A DNA stretch of 64,000 nucleotides, taken from the IMG/VR virus record IMGVR_UViG_3300037466_002758; one strand, written 5' to 3'. The stretch's first letter is position 1, and every line of letters begins with the position of its first letter. The notes beneath the pieces were generated by a model that saw only the letters and a program-made list of their open reading frames with translations, searched no databases and had not been told where the DNA came from. Both the position numbers and the translations under genes were made by a program. Below are positions 49,217 through 59,329 of this stretch, piece by piece. Source of the stretch: an uncultured virus (IMG/VR IMGVR_UViG_3300037466_002758) (taxonomy: Duplodnaviria > Heunggongvirae > Uroviricota > Caudoviricetes).

Positions 49217-49503
49217 TGAGCACAACGTACGACAGCGACGGATTTCCGGTCATCGAGTGCCTGGACGATTGTAGACGTAACGGCATGCTGTATCGCCGGT
49301 GGAGCGACGGCACTAGGCAGTGGTTCGACGATTACTGCGAGCCCGGCGATCTATTTCAATGCATAGAGTCGTACGAGCACAAGCGCGGCTGGTATGTCGT
49401 GGAATACGACAGTAGTATCCAAACCAACGAGCCTTTTCGCAGGGATGGGCCGTTTCCGACACTTGCGGCCGCGAAGTTCGCACACAAGTTGTTGCTTAGT
49501 TAG
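49216..49503 (+). CDS. family 3 paralogue
   Basis: GWYVVE...GPFPTLAAAKFAHKLLLS; ATG at 49216. Confidence 0.7.
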   Translation: MSTTYDSDGFPVIECLDDCRRNGMLYRRWSDGTRQWFDDYCEPGDLFQCIESYEHKRGWYVVEYDSSIQTNEPFRRDGPFPTLAAAKFAHKLLLS

Positions 49504-49529
49504 TAACTTACTTACAACAAGGAGAGCAA

Positions 49530-50672
49530 TTGAACAAGTTTACCAAGCTCGAGAGGGCCAAGACGCAGTTGATCCTCGACCACCCGTTCGTCGCCTCGAT
49601 CCTGGCCAGGCGCACGATGATCGCCCGCAAGGACATCCCCACGATGGGCATCGATAAACGTGGTCAGATCTACTACAACGAGGACTGGGTGGAGAACCTG
49701 TCCGTCCCGCAGCTGGTGTTCGCCCTGGCCCACGAGACGCTTCACGTCGCAATGCAGCACTTCAGCCGCGTGGGCGAGCGCAACAAGCAGAAGTGGAACA
49801 TCGCCGGCGACGCGGTCATCAACGACACGCTCATCAACGCCAGCATCGGCGAGTTCATCACCGAGGGCGTGAACATGCCGGGCTCGAAGGACAAGTCCAC
49901 CGAGGACGTCTACGCGTCGCTCCCCGACCCGCCCAATGGCGGCAAGGGGGCGAGCAAGGGCATCGGCGGGACTGGCGATGACCTGCTGGATGAGGGCAGT
50001 CCCATGAGCGACGCCGAGCAGAAGGAGATCGAGGCACGCGTGCGCGTGGAAGTGGCCGAGGCCATGCAGGCAGCCAAGGCCAGGGGGAAGCTCCCCGGTG
50101 TCCTCGAGAAATTCGCGACCGACATCATCAACGTGAAGACGCCCTGGTACGACATCCTCGAGCGTTTCATGGTGAGCTTCACCGCCGGCGAGACTAGCTG
50201 GAAGCGGCCGAACCGCCGCTACAACCACTGCTACCTGCCGGCCGTGGGCAAGGTGGCGCGCATGGGCAAGATCGGGATGCTGACCGACATCTCAGGTTCG
50301 ATCTCGCAGCCGGAAATCATGCACTACAACGGGCACATGAAGCGGATTATCGAAATGTGCATGCCCGAGGGTGTGTACCTGGCCTACTGTGACACGAGTG
50401 TCCAGCACGAGGATGAGTACGGCAGTGAGGAGCTCGATGACGTCCAGGTCAAGTTCTACTCGGGTGGTGGTACGGACATGGTCGCGGGTCTCGACCACAT
50501 GGCCGAGACGGGTCACGAGCTGGATGTCGTCGTGGTGCTGACCGACGGCTACACGCCCTTCCCCACGGGTAAGCACTATCCGTGGCCGGTGATCTGGTGC
50601 ATCTCGAGCGACGTGACGGCGCCGGAGGAGTGCGGCGAGACGGTCCACTTCGAGATGGAACGGGTGCACTGA
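49530..50672 (+). CDS. DUF2201-type HExxH metallopeptidase plus VWA domain protein
   Basis: LAHETLH; WNIAGDAVIN; SWKRPNRR; MIDAS residues DISGS, GGGTD and LTDG. Confidence 0.88.
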   Translation: MNKFTKLERAKTQLILDHPFVASILARRTMIARKDIPTMGIDKRGQIYYNEDWVENLSVPQLVFALAHETLHVAMQHFSRVGERNKQKWNIAGDAVINDTLINASIGEFITEGVNMPGSKDKSTEDVYASLPDPPNGGKGASKGIGGTGDDLLDEGSPMSDAEQKEIEARVRVEVAEAMQAAKARGKLPGVLEKFATDIINVKTPWYDILERFMVSFTAGETSWKRPNRRYNHCYLPAVGKVARMGKIGMLTDISGSISQPEIMHYNGHMKRIIEMCMPEGVYLAYCDTSVQHEDEYGSEELDDVQVKFYSGGGTDMVAGLDHMAETGHELDVVVVLTDGYTPFPTGKHYPWPVIWCISSDVTAPEECGETVHFEMERVH

Positions 50673-50802
50673 GATGAAGAACAAAACGAAAGGACGCGAG
50701 CCATGAAAGGCGGCGGACAAGACCATGCGCGTGAGCGCGAAGACGGGCGCCTGCTGGCCGAAGCCGAAGCACGCCTACTAGCGCCACCGAGGGAGACGCC
50801 AC

Positions 50803-53800
50803 ATGAGCGAGATTCTTACCGCCCCGGACAGGGGGCCGCCGCAGACGAATTGGCGCGATCAAGCCGCAAGACTAGAGCGCGAGTGCATCGAGTTGGCGAC
50901 CGCTCTGCGGGACGTGCTGGCGGGGAAGCCGGTGCGCAATGCTGACGAACTGATCGCGCGGTTCCTCAAGTGATTCTCAACGGGGGAAAGCGTTGATGCC
51001 GACCGGATGTTGTCCGCGAGGAGTGCCGTGGCTGGCCAAGCCCTCGGCGCGAGTACCCCACCTCATCTGCCTCACGAAAGGGCCGAAGTGAAAGCTGAAA
51101 TCAGGCGAAACGGGACATTCGACGGCAAGCCCGCTTACGTGCTCAACCTGACTGGCGAAAACGATCTTGAGGCCATCGCTATCCAGGCGTGGATGGAGCA
51201 GCAGCGCGAGGACCTGAGCGCAGGTAATTCGATGCCACTCCGCAACATCCACGCGCGCCCTCTCATCATCGATAAGTAGCGCCACATCACATGAAAGCAA
51301 CCGCCATGCACGACACGCACGCGCTGACGCCGGATGAAGTGGCAGCGATGCCGCTTTGGCAGCGCATTTGCTTCGCCATCCACCCGTTCAATGCCTTCGG
51401 GCGAGCCAGCTTCAAGACCGTTGACGAATGGGCTGAGTGGGCGGCCAGTCTCGGCGAGGTTGGCGCCGGACTGGTGGCGGATAGGGTGCTGGCCGAAGTG
51501 GATCGCGCCCTCTCCGATGAACGCAAGGCGCGCGAACTCGCCGCCGAGAAGCAACGCAAGGATGCCGCTCTGGCGCGCGCCAATGCCGCCGAACAGGCGC
51601 GGCTCAAGGCCGAGCGGAAGACCAAGCGGATCGAGAAGCGCATCCACGCGGGCGTCTGTCCCTGCTGCAACCGGACATTCCAGAACCTCGCGCGCCACAT
51701 GAATACGAAGCACCCCGACGAGGCCAGCAACGTCCTGCGCATCGGCGCGCTGCCTCTTCCGAAGTAGCGCCTCACGAAAAGGGGCAAGTCATGACCAACG
51801 AACAAGCGGACCTCATCAACGATTTGCGAGACCGCCTGGCGCGACAGCATGCCTACTACCGCGCGCTCGACCTCGATGCGGACCCCGAGGACTACCGCGA
51901 CATCCTCGCGGCGATCAAGCACACCGAGAGCGAACTGGCCGAAGCCGAGCGCCGTTCGCGGACCTAAATGAGCAAAGAGACCATGACCAACGAACGCCTC
52001 GACCTGCTGTTGTGCGAGTACCGGGATGCAGTGCGCGACTACGCCCGCAACCACGACAGCTATCGCCGAGAGGCCGTTGATGAGGCGCGCGCCGCCCTGG
52101 TTTCGTTCTTCTCCGATTCTCAACGTGAGGTCGAGCACTGGAAGAAGAATGCCGCCTCGACGGCCATCGAGTTTCAGGCCCACCGCGAGTTAGCGGACTA
52201 CGCAGTGAAACTCGGTGAAGCCTACATCCGGCTGCGCGGCCGGGTGGATGACTTCATCTGCACCATCAGCGCCGACGATCAGGAATACATGCGCAAGTAT
52301 CCGTCTTCCTGGTACGACCTGAACGCGGAGTACGACGACAGCATCGAGTTCGCGGAGGAAGTGGAAACCGCGCTCGCCAAGAATCCATCAACGGGAGGCG
52401 GTCTTACCGAGCGGAATCCTGCCCCGGATCTCGGTAGTGTCGAGGGGCCCTCCCACCCTTCATGCGTTCCTGAAACAAGGGACAAGCTGGCATGGGATGA
52501 CGGCACCCCGCGCGCCGAGGTTATCCGCGTGCTGGACCGCTACTTCGGCGAGGACGAGGGCGCCTCGATTGCGTTGGGCTTCGTTGCCGACGACATCCTC
52601 AAGGCATTGCGCCTCCAATCAGGAACGTATTCCGAGCCGTTCGACTCGTCGGGCGCCCCCATCGGTGCGGACGTGGCCGCACGTCGTGCGGCGGCGCAGG
52701 AGGGAACGCAGTTCTTCGAGGAGTGGCTCGCCGCGCTGCCCGACTACTTCCACGGCTTCACCGTGGAGGACATGCGCGACCTGTTTCGCTTCATGCCTTG
52801 CGTTCATCAAGTAAGGCGCTCGCCGAAGTGTCCGGCGTGCGGCTACGTCGAAAGCCACGACCCGAATTGCCCCGCGCCCGAGACGCGCGAGGACCTTTGA
52901 TTTTTCACCCCACGAAGGAGACCACCATGGCAGTGCGTTGCAAGTTCGTAGTCCAGTCCGTCACCCGTCGCAAGAACTGGGACAAGAGCAAGTCGGACCT
53001 TTTCGACGTGAAGCTCACGCCGGTCACGAGCGGCAGCCCGGAGCGCGCCTGATGGCCCACGCCCAAGAGTGCGATTCGTGCGGCACGCTGTTCAAGCCGG
53101 TCGCGGGCACGGTGTCGCTGGAGTATTCCCTGTGCAACGGTGGCAACAGCTACACGGGCTACACCCCGGACGACCACGACAGCCGTTTCGCGCTGTGCCC
53201 GAAATGCAGCGCGGCATTCCTCGCGTTCATCAAGCACGACGGCGAGCGCGGCGACGGCCAGCAGGGCACGCCGCTCCCCGAATGTCCCGCGATAGGAACG
53301 AAGTCGTGAAGCGCCCCGCCCCGAGGGTCATGTGGGCCGTGGTCCTCATCCAGCGGCGCTCGAGCTGGATTCACCACGAGACGATTCGCCGCACTCGCTA
53401 CGAGGCCGTCACCGCCTACCTCGCGATGTGGGAGCCCGCCTATCACGGCGAGATCCTTCGCGGCCGAAACAAGCGCTGGCGCACCGAGCGCGTGCGCGTC
53501 GAGTGCCTTTCGGAGAGAACGTAGATGGACGTTTACACGATCCTATCGATGCCGTGCGCGAACTGCGGCGCGCGGAACGTGCTGCACTCGACCACCGGGG
53601 AATGCCCGAGAGTGCTTGCCGCGATGCAAGGCAGCACTTTCCAGCCGAGCGACCGCGAAGCGTTCGACCGAGCGCGCGGGCGTGAGACTTCGCAAGGGCA
53701 AGTAGTCCGCAACATCGACGCCTTCCAGTGGACCGGCGACCTTGACGCTTTCGCCAAGTGGTTCGGCGAGCGCATGCCGATCGACTTCGGCAACCGAATC

Positions 53801-55070
53801 TCGGTGCCGGTCCACAAATCGCAGGAAGGGAAGTGGCTCGGGCCGTGGCTCAGCGTGTGGTGCGGTAACTGGATCATCCGTCACGAAGGCCGGTGCGAGT
53901 GCGTGACCGACATTGTGTTCCGCAACTTCATCGCGCCGCATTACGAGAACGTCGCAGGGCAGAAGCCATGAACGTCACCGCTCAGAAGATTCACGCGCTC
54001 ATGCGCAAGGCGGCGGTCACGAAGTCCACCACGCGCCGGTCAGGACAGGTGCGCGGCTGGTCCATCGTGTCGCCGGGCTATGCCGTGGTGGAGCAGGACG
54101 ACGGGTTTCTCGTCTACTGGAAGAGCGAGACGGGTCCGCGCATCAACGATGCGGCTGCGCGAGAGGGCCAGCTTCAACGCTACGAGGCCGCGCTGGCCGC
54201 GCTCAATCCGGGCCGCTCGACGCATTGGGATAAGCCCTGCGTCTTCATCGCCAAGCGCCTCGCGATATGAACGCACGCATGAAGGCCATCGTTCGCGAGC
54301 ATGCTCACCGCATCGTGGCGCTGATGTCACGCGGGAAGCCCTTCACGTTCATGGGCATTCGCTTCACGCCCTCACGCCCTTCGGAGAGCCGCAAATGAGC
54401 GCGTCCGTCATTCCCATGCCGCCGTGCCGCGACTGCGGGAGGCTCCTCACGATGGAGGAGCACCACTACTACGAATACCGCTGCGAGGGCTGCGAGGCCG
54501 CATGGCACGCACGCTTGCAGGCGTGGAGGCGCGGCGCGCCCGATCCGGTGTTCGACGCCATGTTCGGGACTTCGGAGGTCAACAAGTCGTGAGCACCTAC
54601 AACCATAAGGGCTTCGCAATCAGCTTCACGCCGACATTCTGGTGGTGCATCAAGGCCGCCGCGAAACGGCTCGTCGGGCAGGAGTTCCTTTTCACCGTGA
54701 AGGTGTGGGACGACTGCTGGAAGGTCGAGGGGCTGCAGGCCGAATACTTCGCGATGCCGATCGCTGACGAGCCCACGCGCCATTTCGGGAGACGAGAGAA
54801 ATGAAAATCCGCAGTGGCCCGTTCAAGGGCAAGGAGCTGATAATCGCCGAGCAGGATGTGGTCGATCGGCATCCGGACATCGTGGATGAGATCCTCGAGT
54901 GCATCGGCATCAAGGAGGCGCTCGTGACGGACCTGTCGGAGCTGTCGGACTTCGGGGTGCACCACCTGGAGCGGGTTAACAGGCACTTTGGCCTGGAACT
55001 CGCGACGGCGTACATCTCATTCCCGGTGCTGATCGACCTGATTGAGAAGCGGCGCAAGCCCCCACAGTAA
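50803..55070 (+). other. mosaic string of about 14 small accessory ORFs (including C2H2-like zinc finger 51291-51767, composite 51968-52900 and CxxC proteins 53052-53309 and 53525-53971)
   Basis: Tightly packed ORFs with short repeated junction sequences. Confidence 0.55.
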
Positions 55071-55669
55071 TGCTCAGCCCATTCAAATATGCGCAGTGGA
55101 ACAAAAGCCCCGTGATGACCGCCGACGCCAACCGCCGCATGTTGGAGCAGCTCGTGTTGCGTCGGAATCTCCCGGTGAGACTCACCGTACAGCTCGACCT
55201 GGGCGAGCTCTCGACGCGGGCCAGGAACGCTATTAAGCGCGCACTCAAGGCCGGCTTCATGGACAGCTACAGCGGCGTGGCAGCGCAGGTCTATGAGGTG
55301 CTCTGCAAAGCGCACGGACTTCCATGCGTCATGGCGCGGACGCGGAACGCAAAATCATGGCAGACCGCCGCAGTGGTCCTGTATTTCCGAGGGGGAGCTG
55401 ATCTGGACAACAAGCCGCTCACCGAGCTCTTGCACGCGGACCGCGTGGCTGCCCGGCTCCAGGGGATAAGTATCGTACCCAAGAGCGACTCTGGCATCGA
55501 CATCGCGTGGAACACGAGCGGGTTTGCTGTCCAGCGGCTGTTCGCGATGTGTGAGCACGAGACCATTACAGAGACTATGAAGACTCGCTACACACCTGAG
55601 ATGTTGCAGCAAGTCGAGCGGGTTGTACACCAGCTCGACGCAGGCGAAGTAATCACATTCAATTACTAA
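55070..55669 (+). CDS. hypothetical protein
   Basis: 199-aa ORF in operon orientation. Confidence 0.6.
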   Translation: MLSPFKYAQWNKSPVMTADANRRMLEQLVLRRNLPVRLTVQLDLGELSTRARNAIKRALKAGFMDSYSGVAAQVYEVLCKAHGLPCVMARTRNAKSWQTAAVVLYFRGGADLDNKPLTELLHADRVAARLQGISIVPKSDSGIDIAWNTSGFAVQRLFAMCEHETITETMKTRYTPEMLQQVERVVHQLDAGEVITFNY

Positions 55670-55690
55670 TAGGAGAGTTTGTTTAGCACC

Positions 55691-56407
55691 ATGCTGACTC
55701 ACAAGGAAGTAACTCAGTGGTACCAGCAGTGGCATCCGCAACATGACTTGTTCTATAACTTCGATCGGGACTGCTGGGCTGTTCCCGAAGGCGAGAAGAT
55801 CGCGCTCTATCACCAGATGAAGCGGCTTGCGGAAGTCGGGTCGGACGAGACATGGATCTTTTGCTGGGAGAAGAGAATCTCGACTTCAGATGCGGTCCGT
55901 CTATCGAGTGCTACCGGGATTACCGTAGGCCTCGATGCGTCGCAACACCGCAACAAGAAGCAGACCGTCCGCGTGTATGCCGAGAATGCGACGGACATCC
56001 CCTTCACGCCGGGGATGCGGGTACGCGACAAAAAGGTCCTCGAGCCGCACAAGTATGTCGACGAGGTCCGCAGGACGAACCTGCAGCGCGGTCGAGAGGT
56101 TCGAGCCAAATACCTGGACCCGGTCGTGAAGTTAGCGAAATCGCTCGTGCGCCTGGATGGCGTCGACTGGCAGAAGCTCAAGTACACCCACGAGTTTCCC
56201 GAAGGATTACTCATTGCAACCAACCACGGTCACCAAGAGGCCGAGCTTTTCCTGGGGTGGGCGCTCGCGCGAGTTCAGTGGTGGCTGAAGGACAATGACT
56301 CCACCCGCTTCGACCCGATGCACGATGTGCAGAGGTACGTGAAGGAGCTGCAACGTCGGCTCTACGAACACCACGGCGTGTACTACTACGAGAAAAAAGG
56401 AGACTGA
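55691..56407 (+). CDS. hypothetical protein
   Basis: AGGAG RBS; start at 55679 or 55691. Confidence 0.65.
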   Translation: MLTHKEVTQWYQQWHPQHDLFYNFDRDCWAVPEGEKIALYHQMKRLAEVGSDETWIFCWEKRISTSDAVRLSSATGITVGLDASQHRNKKQTVRVYAENATDIPFTPGMRVRDKKVLEPHKYVDEVRRTNLQRGREVRAKYLDPVVKLAKSLVRLDGVDWQKLKYTHEFPEGLLIATNHGHQEAELFLGWALARVQWWLKDNDSTRFDPMHDVQRYVKELQRRLYEHHGVYYYEKKGD

Positions 56408-57049
56408 ATGTACGTAGCAATTTCAGACCGGTTCGAGTCCGATGTGCGAAGCCAGATCAGGCTCATGGCCGATAAGGAGTACAGGGCGATCGACCAGCAG
56501 AATCCGCTGCCCCGGATCGACGGCACCGAGAAGGTCTTTCTCGAGCAGCTTTGGAAGGAGCACTTGCCGCTCAAGGACCAGATGCCCACGGAGTGGCTGA
56601 TGAAGATCACCAACTTCAACATGTGCGTGGCGTTCGTAGGACTAGACGGCAACACGTGGAATACCAACTACTACGTAACGCCCCTGGCGCCCATCTATGC
56701 ACCGCCGAGCACGGGAACCTACGGGCTCGTGCTGAAGGCAGACGCGAGCGACAAGTTCGAGCCTTATCGGCAGCACGCGCGTGCGAGGAACGAGGCCGAG
56801 AATCGCTGGGGACAGGTCACCGAGCAGGTGTGTGGCTTTCTCTCGAAGTGCAAGTCGCTGAACGAGGCGCTCAAGCTCTGGCCGCAAATCGAGCCGTACA
56901 TCCCGCAGCATTACATGAAGAAAGCGCAGACGAAGAAGGCCGGCGGCAAGCGCGACTCGAGCGAAGCGATCGAGGCTGCGAAGCAGTTGGACACAGAGAC
57001 GCTCACCGCAGCAGCAGTGATTTCTCGCATGTCGGACAACACTCAGTAA
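56408..57049 (+). CDS. Nmad5-like (nucleotide-modification-associated domain 5) protein
   Basis: FLSKCKSLNEALKLWPQIEPYIP motif. Confidence 0.55.
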   Translation: MYVAISDRFESDVRSQIRLMADKEYRAIDQQNPLPRIDGTEKVFLEQLWKEHLPLKDQMPTEWLMKITNFNMCVAFVGLDGNTWNTNYYVTPLAPIYAPPSTGTYGLVLKADASDKFEPYRQHARARNEAENRWGQVTEQVCGFLSKCKSLNEALKLWPQIEPYIPQHYMKKAQTKKAGGKRDSSEAIEAAKQLDTETLTAAAVISRMSDNTQ

Positions 57050-57078
57050 CACTCACTTACACAGGAGATTTTTCAACA

Positions 57079-57960
57079 GTGGCAAAACAGAAACCCGTCG
57101 GCGCCTGGGAGACCATCACCCCGGCCAAGGCCGAGAAGTGGTTGAACGAGCTCAACACCAACAACCGCAAACTCCGCGAAGGTGTCGCGGAGGCTTACGC
57201 CGAGGACATGGCGCACGGCCGCTGGACAGAGAACCCCGAGCCCATGATGTTCTACGATGACGGCTCACTCGCGGATGGCCAGCACCGGCTCTTCGCGATT
57301 GTGCTCTCCGACACCACCCAGCAGATGTACGTGATCCGGGGCGTCGACAAGGCCAACGCGCTCAATATCAACACCGGTTCCACGCGCTCGCTCCAGGACA
57401 ACCTGCGCATCGCGACCGGCGAGAAGGTGTCCAAGACCTCGATCGGCATGGTGAAGGTGCTCGCGTATGGCAGCCAGGCCACCGGCTTCACGCGCAGGAT
57501 GACGAATGCCGAGCGGCAGGAACTCCTCGGGCGCTTCCGCCCCCACGTCGAGTGGGTGAACGCCCACCGGCCCACGAAACTCCGGGTGAGCAACGCTATC
57601 GTCGCGGCCGCGATCGCCAGGGCGCATATGCACGAGAAAGACCTGGACCGGCTGGGCGAGTTCTGCACGGTGCTGGGTACCGGCATGCCGCAAGGCTCCC
57701 AGGACTCGGCGTGCATCGCGATCCGCAACTACCTCTTCGAGCACTCGAGCTACCGGCAGGAGTCACGCGATATGTTCCTGAAGTGCATGAACGCTATCCG
57801 CTATTTCATGCGCAGGAAGCCCCTCACGGTCATCAAGACCGTGAAGGAAGAAGCGTACCCGCTGCCCGAGAAGTTCGAGAAGAACGTGCCGAAGCGCACC
57901 CTCAAGATCACCCGGGCTCTCACGAAGCGGGCGGAGGCGCAGGAAGCGGCGAGGAGCTAA
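57079..57960 (+). CDS. ParB/Srx-like N-terminal domain protein
   Basis: ITPAKAEKWL, NNRKL and DGQHRL; AGGAG RBS; GTG at 57079. Confidence 0.75.
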   Translation: MAKQKPVGAWETITPAKAEKWLNELNTNNRKLREGVAEAYAEDMAHGRWTENPEPMMFYDDGSLADGQHRLFAIVLSDTTQQMYVIRGVDKANALNINTGSTRSLQDNLRIATGEKVSKTSIGMVKVLAYGSQATGFTRRMTNAERQELLGRFRPHVEWVNAHRPTKLRVSNAIVAAAIARAHMHEKDLDRLGEFCTVLGTGMPQGSQDSACIAIRNYLFEHSSYRQESRDMFLKCMNAIRYFMRRKPLTVIKTVKEEAYPLPEKFEKNVPKRTLKITRALTKRAEAQEAARS

Positions 57961-58134
57961 CGTGCCCTTGGATGTGGGCCAACTTATGGCAGAACTCAAG
58001 GCGATTGACATCCGGCTCACGCGCATTGAATCCCGGCTGGTCCAGCTCATGCTGCACGCAGGGCTGGACCCGTACAAAAAGAAGTACGATGATCGCCGGG
58101 GAGCCCCCGACAAACCGAAAAGAAAGGAGTCCGG

Positions 58135-58371
58135 ATGAGCACAGCTATCACGATCGACACGCTCGAAGTCCTGGAGGCAGCGCAAAAGCTCTACCATACC
58201 TGCACCCAGATGAAGTCCTCCGACATGGAGAAAGCCAAGGAGATTGCCCGCGTCGCTGACGCGGGTTTCTCTGCGGTAATCCCATACATCAAGGACCGCC
58301 AGGCACCCGTGATGCGCAAGCACTACGATGCCATGAAGCGGATGATCGACTACGCGAAGGAGCTGAAATGA
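58135..58371 (+). CDS. hypothetical protein
   Basis: AAGGAG RBS; 78 aa. Confidence 0.6.
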   Translation: MSTAITIDTLEVLEAAQKLYHTCTQMKSSDMEKAKEIARVADAGFSAVIPYIKDRQAPVMRKHYDAMKRMIDYAKELK

Positions 58372-58822
58372 GCGGAGTCATCGTGCTTATTGTGCTGGTC
58401 CTGCTGCACGACCCTACACCGGACATCAACCACCTCTGGATGGATTTCTGATGGCGAACGTGAAGCGTGGCAACATGACACCCCCACCCCAGTGGTGGAA
58501 ACACCTGCGGGACTGGAAGCGCGTCTTCTGGAAGAAGGAACGGAAAAACCAGAATCGGGCAATCCAGAAAGAGGATCTCAAATGAATCTGCGGCTGCGCA
58601 TCATCGAGGATGACGAGTGGGCCGAGGCGCGTATCCAGGTGCAGGCGGGGGAAGGCGCCTTCTACGGAGCGGTGCTCGAGTACAAGAGCAACGAGAAGAC
58701 GCTCGCCGGCAAGGACATGTGGCTGGCCGTCCCCGTCGCGTGGAGCAACGACTGAAAAACTACTAGGCAACCTGCTAACACAGCGCTAACATACCTCCTC
58801 CAACACCACCGGAGGAGCGTGC

Positions 58823-59071
58823 ATGGACGGCACAGTACCCCGGTTTCTCGCCGACAATCGTCAGGTAGGCGGGGACCACTACAAGTCGTTGAAAGTGCAG
58901 CCCTGGGAAGCCATGGCTGCGTGGATGAGTGAGGAAGCGTTCGCCGGCTTCCTTCACGGCTGCATCATCAAGTACATGGCCCGGTACCACAACAAGGGCG
59001 GCGTGCAGGATCTCGAGAAAGCGATGCATTACCTGCAGAAGCTGGTGGAAGTCGAGAGGGGGCACGAATGA
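58823..59071 (+). CDS. DUF3310 family protein
   Basis: QVGGDHYK...IIKYMARYHNKGGVQDLEKAMHYL. Confidence 0.85.
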   Translation: MDGTVPRFLADNRQVGGDHYKSLKVQPWEAMAAWMSEEAFAGFLHGCIIKYMARYHNKGGVQDLEKAMHYLQKLVEVERGHE

Positions 59072-59328
59072 GCAATCACGGACCCTTGAGTGGATGCGGC
59101 CCGCTGGGGCAGGCCATGTACCCCTCAACACCCGGACCGCTGTACTTACCCCCGACGCAGGTCGTACAGGCCAGCAGCTACGATCGCACCTTGGCCCACT
59201 TCGCCCTCAAGAAGATCGACAACGGATTCCTCCTCGAATTCATGGGGCGCACCATCTACTGCGAAAGCGCCGAGGCGATCTCGAAGCAAGTCCTTGTGGA
59301 GCTAGTCGCGATGAAACTCGAGGCCTGA
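59068..59328 (+). CDS. hypothetical protein ending VAMKLEA
   Basis: KKIDNGFLL motif; coupled to the DUF3310 gene. Confidence 0.65.
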   Translation: MSNHGPLSGCGPLGQAMYPSTPGPLYLPPTQVVQASSYDRTLAHFALKKIDNGFLLEFMGRTIYCESAEAISKQVLVELVAMKLEA

Positions 59329-59329
59329 C

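Noticed and set aside
1235..58790. Integron attC cassettes suggested by the GTTAGC/GCTAAC words
   Set aside because: They do not form paired RYYYAAC...GTTRRRY hairpins after genes, they cluster at promoters, and the integrase lacks an evident IntI-specific insertion.
56408..59071. Complete DNA base-modification pathway
   Set aside because: Only associated domains (Nmad5-like, DUF3310, ParB-like) are present. No synthase, transferase or methylase was recognised.
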